From Candidatus Microgenomates bacterium (GTDB taxonomy: Bacteria > Patescibacteriota > Microgenomatia > JACQLA01), in assembly GCA_016204255.1 (NCBI GenBank), contig JACQLA010000006.1:3038-67037 (forward strand): a DNA stretch of 64,000 nt, in the 5' to 3' direction. Of this stretch, positions 52,957 to 61,063 are shown piece after piece; position 1 is the first letter of the stretch; the number at the start of each line of letters is the position of its first letter. The translations under genes were made by a program, and so were the position numbers. The notes beneath the pieces are model-generated. The model worked only from the letters and a program-made list of their open reading frames with translations, was not told where the DNA came from and ran no database searches.

Positions 52957-55158
52957 TCAACACTCAGTGAATCCACAAAGGTGACACTTGCGGCAGCCTT
53001 CTTCATAAACTAAAGAGGCCTGGCCGCATTTGGGGCAAAGGTCAAAACCATCGCCATTTTCTTCAACAACCTCGCCAATTTTCTCCACCCCGTTACCATT
53101 CCCATTTTTCATTTTAATCCCGAAGTGAATCGAAATAGCTTTGGCAATCGCATCCGGCAAAGAACGGATTCTTTTTTGGCCAAAACCCAAAGATTTTGAG
53201 CCGCCGATACCATGAAGCTGATCGGTAACCTGTGAGGCACGATCTATCACCGGTAAAGGCGAGGCGACCCTTAAGACCATCGAAACAAGCCGGCCTAAAC
53301 CCTCAGCCATGGCGGCAATATCCGATCCCGCTTTGCCGACATTGACAAAAACTTCAAGCGGCTCACCCTGATGATTCTGATTGACAGTGACAAAGGCCGT
53401 CCCCACTGGGGTTTCCAGTCGGTAAGTTGCGCCGACAACTTTTTCCGGACGAGGTCGAACTTCAACCAACTTCCCTTTTTCTTTTTTCCCTTCATTAATT
53501 CGCTCTAAAGCCGCCTCCCGCGAACCTTCGCGCATATAAGTAATTCCCTTGCAGCCTAATTCATAAGCCATATTATAAAGTTTTTTAACTTCTTCCAAAC
53601 TATGCTCGTTGGGAGCATTAACAGTTTTCGAGATTGAAGCGTCAGTATATTTTTGAATCAAGGCCTGGGTCTTAACATGCTCTTCAGGCGTTAAGTCCAT
53701 CGCCGTCACAAAATAATCCGGTTTTTCTTCTTTAGGATGATCTTTTTGCCACCCCTCAAATAAAGGATGGTAAATCAGGTGTTCACCCAGCCGATCCTTC
53801 TGTTTATAGGAAAAAGAAAAAACCGGTTCAATGCCTGAGGAAACGCCGGCGATAAGAGAGGTTTTACCTGTGGGAGCCTGAGTCAGTAAAACAGAATTGC
53901 GCATCCCATTTTGAGCAATCTTTTTCTGCAGAGGAACGGGTAAGGCCTTAATAAATTTCCCCTTCATATGTTTTTCTTTATTAAAGGCTGGGAAAGTTCC
54001 TTTTTCTTTAGCAAGCTCCACCGAAGCCTCATAAGCGCTGTCTCTAATTATCTGGTATATTTTTTCAATGAGGGCCAAGGCCTCCTTTGAACCGTAACGA
54101 ACTTTTAACTTAATTAGAGCATCGGCCAGGCCCATGGTGCCCAAACCTACACGCCTGGCTTTTTTTTGATTCTCCTCCATTTCAGGATAAAGATAGTGTT
54201 CAGCGTCAATGACGTTGTCAAGGAAACGAACGGCCGTGGATGTTAAAATGGCCAACTCTTTGAAATCTATCTTTCCGTTTTTTACCATGGCCGAAAGATT
54301 TATCGCTCCCAAGTTGCAAGTTCCCCAGGCCGGCAATGGTTGTTCCCCGCAAACATTAACTCCCACAATTTTTTCAAAGTAGTGAGTGTTAGAAACTTTA
54401 TCAGCTCTGTCTAGAAAAACCACTCCCGGCTCAGCTGATGACCAGGCAGATTGGCAAATCAGATTCCAAAGTTCGCGGGCTTTTAAGGTCTTATAAGTTT
54501 TTCCGCCCCAGACCAAATCCCACTTCTTATCCTTCTCAACCGCCTCCATAAACCGGTCGGAGATCCCAACGGACAAATTAGCATATTGTAGTTTGCCCGG
54601 AGTTTTTTTAGCGGTGATAAACTCTTCAATATCCGGATGATCGTCATTAAGCATTAGCATTAAAGCCCCTCTTCTTGAGCCACCCTGCTGGATAATCTCA
54701 CCGGTTGCCACCGAATAAAGTCCCGCCCAGGAAATCGGACCCGTTGAAGTACCATTCACTGTCCGGATGTAAGATCCTCGAGGCCGTAAGCTTGAAAGAT
54801 TAAGACCAACCCCGGCACCATGAGCCATCAACTCCGTCATAATCTCCAATAGTTTAATAATCCCCATGCGCGAATCCTGGGGCGAAGGAAGAACAAAACA
54901 GTTAAAATAGGTTACCTGATAACCCGTCCCTGCTCCGGTTAAAATTCTGCCACCGGGAACAAACTTAAAATCTTCCAAAGCCGCATAAAACTTTTTAGCC
55001 CATTCTTTCTTGAGTTTGTCATTTTTCTCCACTTGTGCAATTCCCCTTGCCACCCGCCGCCACATCTTATCCGGGGTCTGCTCCACCGAACGACCCTTTT
55101 TATCTTTTAAAGAGTAGCGGTCCAAAAAGACCTCTTGTGCAAGACCTGAAAGCTTCAT
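52957..55158 (-). CDS. nrdJ: adenosylcobalamin-dependent (class II) ribonucleotide reductase, long paralog
   Basis: 733 aa. FNCFVLP, NVCGEQPL, GTCNLGAI, and a C-terminal CPKC...CHLC ribbon. Confidence 0.9.
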   Translation of the reverse strand: MKLSGLAQEVFLDRYSLKDKKGRSVEQTPDKMWRRVARGIAQVEKNDKLKKEWAKKFYAALEDFKFVPGGRILTGAGTGYQVTYFNCFVLPSPQDSRMGIIKLLEIMTELMAHGAGVGLNLSSLRPRGSYIRTVNGTSTGPISWAGLYSVATGEIIQQGGSRRGALMLMLNDDHPDIEEFITAKKTPGKLQYANLSVGISDRFMEAVEKDKKWDLVWGGKTYKTLKARELWNLICQSAWSSAEPGVVFLDRADKVSNTHYFEKIVGVNVCGEQPLPAWGTCNLGAINLSAMVKNGKIDFKELAILTSTAVRFLDNVIDAEHYLYPEMEENQKKARRVGLGTMGLADALIKLKVRYGSKEALALIEKIYQIIRDSAYEASVELAKEKGTFPAFNKEKHMKGKFIKALPVPLQKKIAQNGMRNSVLLTQAPTGKTSLIAGVSSGIEPVFSFSYKQKDRLGEHLIYHPLFEGWQKDHPKEEKPDYFVTAMDLTPEEHVKTQALIQKYTDASISKTVNAPNEHSLEEVKKLYNMAYELGCKGITYMREGSREAALERINEGKKEKGKLVEVRPRPEKVVGATYRLETPVGTAFVTVNQNHQGEPLEVFVNVGKAGSDIAAMAEGLGRLVSMVLRVASPLPVIDRASQVTDQLHGIGGSKSLGFGQKRIRSLPDAIAKAISIHFGIKMKNGNGNGVEKIGEVVEENGDGFDLCPKCGQASLVYEEGCRKCHLCGFTEC

Positions 55159-55198
55159 ACTTCGAATTCCTCAGTATAACCCTGAATTTGTCGAAAGG

Positions 55199-55645
55199 TC
55201 ATAATAGTTTTTTAACCTCTTTCTCAAAGTCCTCTAAATCATCAAATTTGCGATAAACGGAAGCAAAGCGAATATAGGCAATTTTATTGATTAGTTTAAG
55301 TTTTCTCATTACCAGCTGTCCGATATTTTTGGACGAAATTTCAATGCCTTGTAAATTACGCAGCTCTCTTTCTACTTCATCAACCAATTTTTTCACATCC
55401 TCCATCGCCGTCATTGTTTTCTCAGCGGCTTTTATAACTCCCATTTCCAGTTTATCGCGGCTAAATTGCTCTCGCCGTCCGTCTTTTTTGATCACAATTA
55501 AAGGAGCGCTTTCTACTCGTTCGTAAGTTGTAAACCGCTTTTGACATTTTATGCACTCTCTTCGCCGTCTAATAGCGGTTAGATCTTCACTATCCCGAGT
55601 TTCCATAACTTCAGATTGACTGTGATGACAATATGGGCATTTCAT
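55199..55645 (-). CDS. nrdR: transcriptional repressor NrdR
   Basis: 148 aa. N-terminal zinc ribbon MKCPYCHH...CIKCQKRFTTYE followed by an ATP-cone. Confidence 0.95.
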   Translation of the reverse strand: MKCPYCHHSQSEVMETRDSEDLTAIRRRRECIKCQKRFTTYERVESAPLIVIKKDGRREQFSRDKLEMGVIKAAEKTMTAMEDVKKLVDEVERELRNLQGIEISSKNIGQLVMRKLKLINKIAYIRFASVYRKFDDLEDFEKEVKKLL

Positions 55646-55673
55646 AGCTTAAAAAGCACTTTTAAACAAAAAA

Positions 55674-55689
55674 ACACTATTTATAGTGC
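55674..55689. promoter_or_regulatory. NrdR box ACACTATTTATAGTGC
   Basis: A 16-bp palindrome that fits the NrdR-box consensus (acaCwAtATaTwGtgt), 29 bp upstream of the nrdR start. A weaker half-match GCACCATATCTGGG is centred 31 bp further upstream (55706-55719). Confidence 0.6.
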
Positions 55690-55833
55690 CAAAAGGCATG
55701 GTAGAGCACCATATCTGGGACTGTCAACTATTAATTTCTATATCAGATGGTCTCAATTTTCTCATTCAGCTTCAGAATTGAAAAAGACCCTCTTTTGCTT
55801 TTTCCCTAAATGGGGGTCTTAACTTCTCGCGAG

Positions 55834-55870
55834 TAAAAAAGATCGTCAAAAAGTAAGTTTTTGGCGATCT
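55834..55870 (-). terminator. rho-independent terminator after the SDR gene
   Basis: Minus strand 13-bp stem AGAUCGCCAAAAA-CUUAC-UUUUUGACGAUCU, followed by UUUUU. Confidence 0.65.
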
Positions 55871-55890
55871 ATATTAGCTTATATTTCTAC

Positions 55891-56664
55891 CTATTCCGCC
55901 AACCAACCACCATCAACAACCCAGAGTGCCCCGGAAACATACTCCGATTCTTTGGAGGCAAGAAATACTACAACATTTGCAATCTCTTCCGGTTTTCCGG
56001 CACGCCCCTTTGGCACTCTTTTAATCATCCCCTGAAGAGTGGATGGATCACTCTCAATTTGCACCGTCATCTCAGTCGAAATAAGGCCGGGAGCAATGGC
56101 ATTAACATTAATTCCCTGGGGGGTTAACTCCGTTGTTAAGGCCTCGGTCATTGCCACCACTCCCCCCTTCGAAGCGCAGTAGTGAGCAATACTGGGGAAA
56201 CCTATTCCAATTTGACCTGCGGCAACCGAGGCGATATTAATTATTCTACCGTAGTGATTTTTAATCATCTCTTTTGCTGCGGCTTGGGCTACCAGAAATT
56301 GGCCTTTCAGATTTATATCTAAAGTTTCATTCCATTGATCTTCAGTCATTTCTAAAAAAGAAGCAAAATGAGCAATTCCGGCATTATTAAGCAAAATGTC
56401 GACTTTCCCCCATTTTCCAACCGTTTGACTCACCATTGCTTCAACCTGATCTTTGTGCGAAACATCAGTACAGACGGTTAAAACTTCACCTCCAAAATCC
56501 GTAATTTCTTTGGCAACTTGATTGAGTTTATCTTCTCGGCGGGCAGCCAAAGCGACTTTTGCTCCTTGCTTGGCGAGGATTTTAGCTGAAGCCGCTCCAA
56601 TCCCTGAGGATGCACCGGTTATAATCGCTATTTGGTTAGAAAGGTCGCAAAATTTATTTTCCAT
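55891..56664 (-). CDS. short-chain dehydrogenase/reductase (FabG-like)
   Basis: 257 aa. TGASSGIGAA cofactor motif, NNAG, catalytic YCASKGG. Confidence 0.85.
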   Translation of the reverse strand: MENKFCDLSNQIAIITGASSGIGAASAKILAKQGAKVALAARREDKLNQVAKEITDFGGEVLTVCTDVSHKDQVEAMVSQTVGKWGKVDILLNNAGIAHFASFLEMTEDQWNETLDINLKGQFLVAQAAAKEMIKNHYGRIINIASVAAGQIGIGFPSIAHYCASKGGVVAMTEALTTELTPQGINVNAIAPGLISTEMTVQIESDPSTLQGMIKRVPKGRAGKPEEIANVVVFLASKESEYVSGALWVVDGGWLAE

Positions 56665-56720
56665 CTCTATTTTTGTCTTCCTAAAATTCGGTATTTATGC
56701 CAGGGGATACAGTTTGAATT

Positions 56721-56766
56721 AAAACAAAAAGACGGGGACCGCGGACTTTAGTCCGTTGGAAACGTC
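56721..56766 (-). terminator. rho-independent terminator after the DUF5667-like gene
   Basis: Minus strand GACG..CGGAC-UAAA-GUCCG..CGUC, followed by UUUUUGUUUU. It starts at the stop codon. Confidence 0.55.
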
Positions 56767-57409
56767 ATCTTTCCCGGGCCTCAACTCCAATTCTACTGGT
56801 TCTTACCCTGCTGATCATTCTTTCTTGAATTATTTTTTCTAATTTTTTCTTTTGCAAATCACGGATATTCTCCAGTCCCCGCTGAGATTTAGTAATCGCT
56901 TCCTGAATTCCCTTCCTCCCTGCCTCCGGCACTTTATTTAAAACATCTGTAAGCACTTCATTGTGCTTTAGTATTGCCAACGAAAGCCGACCGGTTAAAG
57001 TGTCAGTATTTTTACCGGCCTCTTTAGCCGCCTGAATGCTTTTGAATGATTTATCAAGATAGCTTTCCGCCCGGGTAAATGCCGACTGAGCTAAATCGGG
57101 TTTACCTTTTTCCAGCAAAAAAAGTCCCGTGTTTAACTCTTTATCGGCCATTAGAAGATTAAATTCCGCTTTTTTAAGAGGATCGCTGATAAACCAACCT
57201 AAAACACGATCTCTTATTTCTTTTAGAAAAAATAAAGGATGGTCGGGTAAAATTCCCGGATAAGGCAAACTATACTCTACCTTCTGACCGGGAGTAGGCG
57301 TAGGCATCGGGATTTTATTTTGAGCTGAACTAAAACCAAAAGAGGAAACCACAATAAAAAGGAAGGAAAAGGTTAAAAAAGAAATAAAAAGACGCTTAAA
57401 AGAAATCAT
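56765..57409 (-). CDS. secreted helical protein, DUF5667-like
   Basis: 214 aa. Signal peptide and HPLFFLKEIRDRVLGWFISDPLKKAEFNLLMADKEL, reminiscent of DUF5667. Confidence 0.5.
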   Translation of the reverse strand: MISFKRLFISFLTFSFLFIVVSSFGFSSAQNKIPMPTPTPGQKVEYSLPYPGILPDHPLFFLKEIRDRVLGWFISDPLKKAEFNLLMADKELNTGLFLLEKGKPDLAQSAFTRAESYLDKSFKSIQAAKEAGKNTDTLTGRLSLAILKHNEVLTDVLNKVPEAGRKGIQEAITKSQRGLENIRDLQKKKLEKIIQERMISRVRTSRIGVEARER

Positions 57410-57452
57410 AATCTCCTTCTTTTATCCATTAGACCACTTCTTTTCCCAAAAA

Positions 57453-57968
57453 TCAAGCCTTGGCAAGGTAGATTTTTATCGCTTTCTTTGTAAAAGGATC
57501 TGTTTTAATTTTTAATGCTTTTTCGGGTGGGAGCCAAATAAATTTCTCGACCTCTCTTTCATCCGGCACTACGCTACTTTCCCCTACAACCTCACAAAGA
57601 TAATCAAAAAAAATAAAATGTCTTTTTTTGTAGAAAAGAGGTGAAAAAATGGCCTCCTGGAAACAAAGAAAATCAATAATCTTAACCCTTAACCCGACTT
57701 CTTCAAAAATTTCTCTTTTTAGGGCTTGTTCAATTCTCTCCCCACTCTCTACATGCCCACCGGGGAGGAAAAATCTTCCTGGCCATTTAAAGGAACTAAT
57801 AAGAAGTAGCTCCTTTTTGTTATTTAAAATGACGTCCTCCGCGGATTTCAGTCCTCGGATTCCGTCTTTTACTGGAGATTTTTGACGTATCCCACGATCT
57901 GAAGATCGTGGCTTTATCTCTCGCAAAATAAAAGCCCCGGCAATAACTCGGGGCCGGTCATTTTCCAT
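57453..57968 (-). CDS. Nudix hydrolase carrying a ~31-aa in-frame insertion near the N-terminus
   Basis: Nudix box GGHVESGERIEQALKREIFEEVGL. The preferred start is MENDRPRV (ATG 57968-57966); the ORF-track start at 57995 overlaps the upstream gene. Confidence 0.8.
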   Translation of the reverse strand: MENDRPRVIAGAFILREIKPRSSDRGIRQKSPVKDGIRGLKSAEDVILNNKKELLLISSFKWPGRFFLPGGHVESGERIEQALKREIFEEVGLRVKIIDFLCFQEAIFSPLFYKKRHFIFFDYLCEVVGESSVVPDEREVEKFIWLPPEKALKIKTDPFTKKAIKIYLAKA

Positions 57969-58365
57969 TTTTAATCCCTTCCAAATAATCATCAACTATA
58001 TTTTTATGATCAAAAGCCAAAGGTGGTAAACAATCCAAAGGAAACCAGCCAATATCACTTGATTCTTCGCTTTTTTGGATCTCGCCACTTAAAATCTTTA
58101 AAAGATACCCAATGGAGATAGTATGATGAGGCGATCGGGATGGAGCGGAGTAAACACCAATTATATTTTTAACCTGAGTCGCCAGTTGGGTCTCTTCGCT
58201 TATTTCGCGTACCACTGCTTCCTCGCAGGTTTCATGCCATTCAACATAACCCCCCGGGAGGGCCCAAAATCCTTGATACGGCTCCTTTCCCCTTTTGACT
58301 AAAAGAAGTTTATTATCCTTAATTATTAAGCCATCAACAGTTGCCGCACGAGTTTTCCTTTTCAT
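57958..58365 (-). CDS. Nudix hydrolase
   Basis: 135 aa with Nudix box GGYVEWHETCEEAVVREISEETQL. Confidence 0.85.
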   Translation of the reverse strand: MKRKTRAATVDGLIIKDNKLLLVKRGKEPYQGFWALPGGYVEWHETCEEAVVREISEETQLATQVKNIIGVYSAPSRSPHHTISIGYLLKILSGEIQKSEESSDIGWFPLDCLPPLAFDHKNIVDDYLEGIKNGK

Positions 58366-58368
58366 AAG

Positions 58369-58893
58369 TTAGTTTAGACTTTTTAAAACTTTTTCCAAAA
58401 CTTCGTTTGGTTTTAGTTGCGTAGTATCAATTGCCAAATCATAAAAATCTGGTTTGAAAAAATCATTACGACTATAAACTTTTCTCCATTTTGCAAAAAG
58501 ACTTGCTTCCCTTTTTGAAATCTCCGCTTTTGCCTGATCCAAAGAAACATTCTCCCGCTGAGCAAACCGCTTTATTCGTTCCGCATCCTCACAAACCAAA
58601 AGAATTTTAAAAACACCGGGGATTCCCTGAGTCATAAAGCCAGCTAGCCAACCTTCAACAATTATATTTCCGTCCCGTTCAATTTCGTGCCGCATCTGCT
58701 GATCAATTTTTTTTGTCAGTTCAACCGGTCGTAACTCAGCCGCAAAAAGCGGAACATTGTGCTCTTGACACCATTTGCGGAAAAAATCGCTGGCGGAATA
58801 AGACTTCCAATTTAATTCTTGTCTTAAGGCGTTAAAAAGAGAGGATTTTCCTGAGCAAATTAGGCCGGAGATGGTTATTGCATGATATTTCAC
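58369..58893 (-). CDS. archaeal-type cytidylate kinase-like P-loop kinase, paralog 1
   Basis: 174 aa. P-loop ITISGLICSGKSS, a LID-like region, YDLAIDT tail. Cytidylate_kin2-like by pattern. Confidence 0.6.
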   Translation of the reverse strand: MKYHAITISGLICSGKSSLFNALRQELNWKSYSASDFFRKWCQEHNVPLFAAELRPVELTKKIDQQMRHEIERDGNIIVEGWLAGFMTQGIPGVFKILLVCEDAERIKRFAQRENVSLDQAKAEISKREASLFAKWRKVYSRNDFFKPDFYDLAIDTTQLKPNEVLEKVLKSLN

Positions 58894-59468
58894 TTCTTAA
58901 ACCCTAAACTCTCAAGGGCAAGCCGTAAAGTTTCTTCCTGATTGTGGTTAAAGGTATTAATCACTAAATCAAAATAATCGGGATTAAAGGGAGTCCAGTC
59001 CGGATCGCCTTGGCTGTAAAGTCTTCGCCATTTTTCCAAATCCTTTTTTTCGCGGCTCTCGATATGTTCTTTCGCCTCCTCCACTGTGGTTCCGTTACGA
59101 TTAACAATTCTGTCAATCCGAATTGCTACCTGATCCTTTCCCGCATCCTCACAAACCAAAAGAATTTTAAAAACACCGGGGATTCCCTGAGCATCAAATC
59201 CGGCCAAATGTGTTTCGACAATTAAGTGATCTTCTTTATTTAATCTTTCTTTTAAGGCCTGGTCAAATTTTAAATCTTCTTCATCAGGCCGGCGATCCGT
59301 TTCATTTTCACTTAAGTTTAATTTCTTTCTTAGGGGCTCCCAAAAAATCTCTCCTCCCTCAAGTCGTTTCCAACCCAAAGCTTGTTCTAAATGTCTGGCT
59401 AATGTCGTTTTTCCCGTGCCGATTTTACTGGAAATGGCAATATTGCGATATTTGAGTTGGGCAATCAT
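58890..59468 (-). CDS. archaeal-type cytidylate kinase-like P-loop kinase, paralog 2
   Basis: 192 aa. P-loop IAISSKIGTGKTT and FDLVINT tail. Shares the QGIPGVFKILLVCEDA block with paralog 1. Confidence 0.6.
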   Translation of the reverse strand: MIAQLKYRNIAISSKIGTGKTTLARHLEQALGWKRLEGGEIFWEPLRKKLNLSENETDRRPDEEDLKFDQALKERLNKEDHLIVETHLAGFDAQGIPGVFKILLVCEDAGKDQVAIRIDRIVNRNGTTVEEAKEHIESREKKDLEKWRRLYSQGDPDWTPFNPDYFDLVINTFNHNQEETLRLALESLGFKK

Positions 59469-59522
59469 AGAGAGATTCTAACAGATGCTTGACGCCACTT
59501 TCAAGATAGTGTACAAATAGTT

Positions 59523-61061
59523 ATGGCAAGCACAGATATTATAATTTTGGATTTTGGCTCCCAGACAACCCATCTTATTGCCCGCCGAATAAAAGAGGCC
59601 GGAGTTTCTGTCAAAATCCTACCCCCCGACACGTCCCTAGATCAACTTTTAACTGAAAACCCCCGCGGATTTATTCTTTCGGGTGGGCCAGCTTCTGTTT
59701 ATAATAAGAGGGCTCCACAATGTAACCCCCAAATTTTTCAAAGTGGAATTCCAATTTTAGGAATCTGCTATGGTCTCCAGCTTTTAACTTACCTACTTGA
59801 GGGCCGCGTTGAGAAGGGTTTGAAAAAAGAGTACGGTCCGGCCAATTTGCAAATAGCCAGTGGCAAATGGCAAATAGCTGATGGGTTACCTGAAAATATG
59901 CACGTCTGGATGAGTCATGGAGATAAGGTAGTTAAATTACCTAAGGATTTTGAAATAATTGGCTCAACTAAACATTCGCCTTTTACCTTTGTGGGGGATG
60001 AACAAAGAAAAATTTATGGGGTTCAGTTTCATCCCGAAGTCTCCCATACCCCGCAAGGCGACATGATCTTTAAAAATTTTGTGTTTAATATCTGTCACTG
60101 CCAGAAAAAGAAGAAGAAAACAATTTCCATTAAAAATTTAGTTTTAGATATCAATAATCAGATCGGAGGAAAAAAAGCTATTTGTGCTCTCTCAGGTGGA
60201 ATTGATTCGGCAGTGGCTGCGGTTTTAGTTAATCGAACTATCGGAAAAAACCTGATTTGCTTTTATGTTGATACAGGTTTAATGCGGCAAAGTGAAACCG
60301 AACAAATTATAACCACATTTAAAAAATACTTTCATCTCAATCTTAAAATTATTAAAGCTGAGAAGATCTTTCTACAAAAGCTGAAAGGGCTTTCGGATCC
60401 GGAGAAAAAAAGAAAAATCATTGGCGAAACTTTTATTCGGATTTTTGAGAACGAAGCGCAAAAACTAGGCAAGGTCTCTTTTTTGGTTCAGGGTACGATT
60501 TATCCTGACATTATTGAAAGCCAGGGCACACCCGGGGCAGATAAAATTAAGTCGCATCATAATGTTGGTGGCTTACCAAAAAAACATGGATTTAAGCTTA
60601 TCGAACCCTTAAGATCTTTTTATAAGGATGAGGTAAGGATTTTGGCACAAAAATTGGGTTTTCCTAAGGATTTAATTTGGCGACAGCCCTTCCCCGGACC
60701 GGGATTGGCGATCAGAATTATGGGAGAAGTTACCGCGCAAAAACTTAAAATCTTGAAAAGCGCTGATCTCATTGTTTGTCAGGAAATTGAAAAAGCCGGG
60801 CTTGTGCAAAAACTCTGGATGTTTTTTGCGATCCTGACAGGCGTCAGAACCACCGCGGTTATGGGCGATGCCCGGGCCTACGGCGAAACAATTGCTTTGC
60901 GAATTATCGAAAGTAAAGATGCAATGACGGCAAATTTTGCTCGCCTTCCCTATCCCTTTTTGGAAAAAATCTCAGCAAGAATTATTAACGAAGTTCCAGG
61001 TGTCTCCCGGATTGTTTACGACATCACTACCAAGCCCCCCGCCACCATGGAGTGGGAGTAA
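59523..61061 (+). CDS. guaA: GMP synthase (glutamine-hydrolysing)
   Basis: 512 aa. GATase Cys in ILGICYGLQ, HPEV, ATP-PPase loop SGGIDSAV, C-terminal dimerisation domain ending PPATMEWE. Confidence 0.95.
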   Translation: MASTDIIILDFGSQTTHLIARRIKEAGVSVKILPPDTSLDQLLTENPRGFILSGGPASVYNKRAPQCNPQIFQSGIPILGICYGLQLLTYLLEGRVEKGLKKEYGPANLQIASGKWQIADGLPENMHVWMSHGDKVVKLPKDFEIIGSTKHSPFTFVGDEQRKIYGVQFHPEVSHTPQGDMIFKNFVFNICHCQKKKKKTISIKNLVLDINNQIGGKKAICALSGGIDSAVAAVLVNRTIGKNLICFYVDTGLMRQSETEQIITTFKKYFHLNLKIIKAEKIFLQKLKGLSDPEKKRKIIGETFIRIFENEAQKLGKVSFLVQGTIYPDIIESQGTPGADKIKSHHNVGGLPKKHGFKLIEPLRSFYKDEVRILAQKLGFPKDLIWRQPFPGPGLAIRIMGEVTAQKLKILKSADLIVCQEIEKAGLVQKLWMFFAILTGVRTTAVMGDARAYGETIALRIIESKDAMTANFARLPYPFLEKISARIINEVPGVSRIVYDITTKPPATMEWE

Positions 61062-61063
61062 AT

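Noticed and set aside
57925-57954. GC hairpin GCCCCG-N9-CGGGGC followed by UUUUAUUUU on the minus strand, resembling a terminator for the first Nudix gene
   Set aside because: It lies inside the best reading frame of the second Nudix gene and encodes RPRVIAGAFIL, a good Nudix beta1 strand. I could not decide whether it also acts as a partial terminator, so it is not annotated as a feature.
59860-59890. Direct repeats GCAAATAGC / GGCAAAT inside guaA
   Set aside because: A short local duplication encoding LQIASGKWQIADG within a variable loop of the GATase domain. The reading frame is intact and there is no sign of an inserted element.
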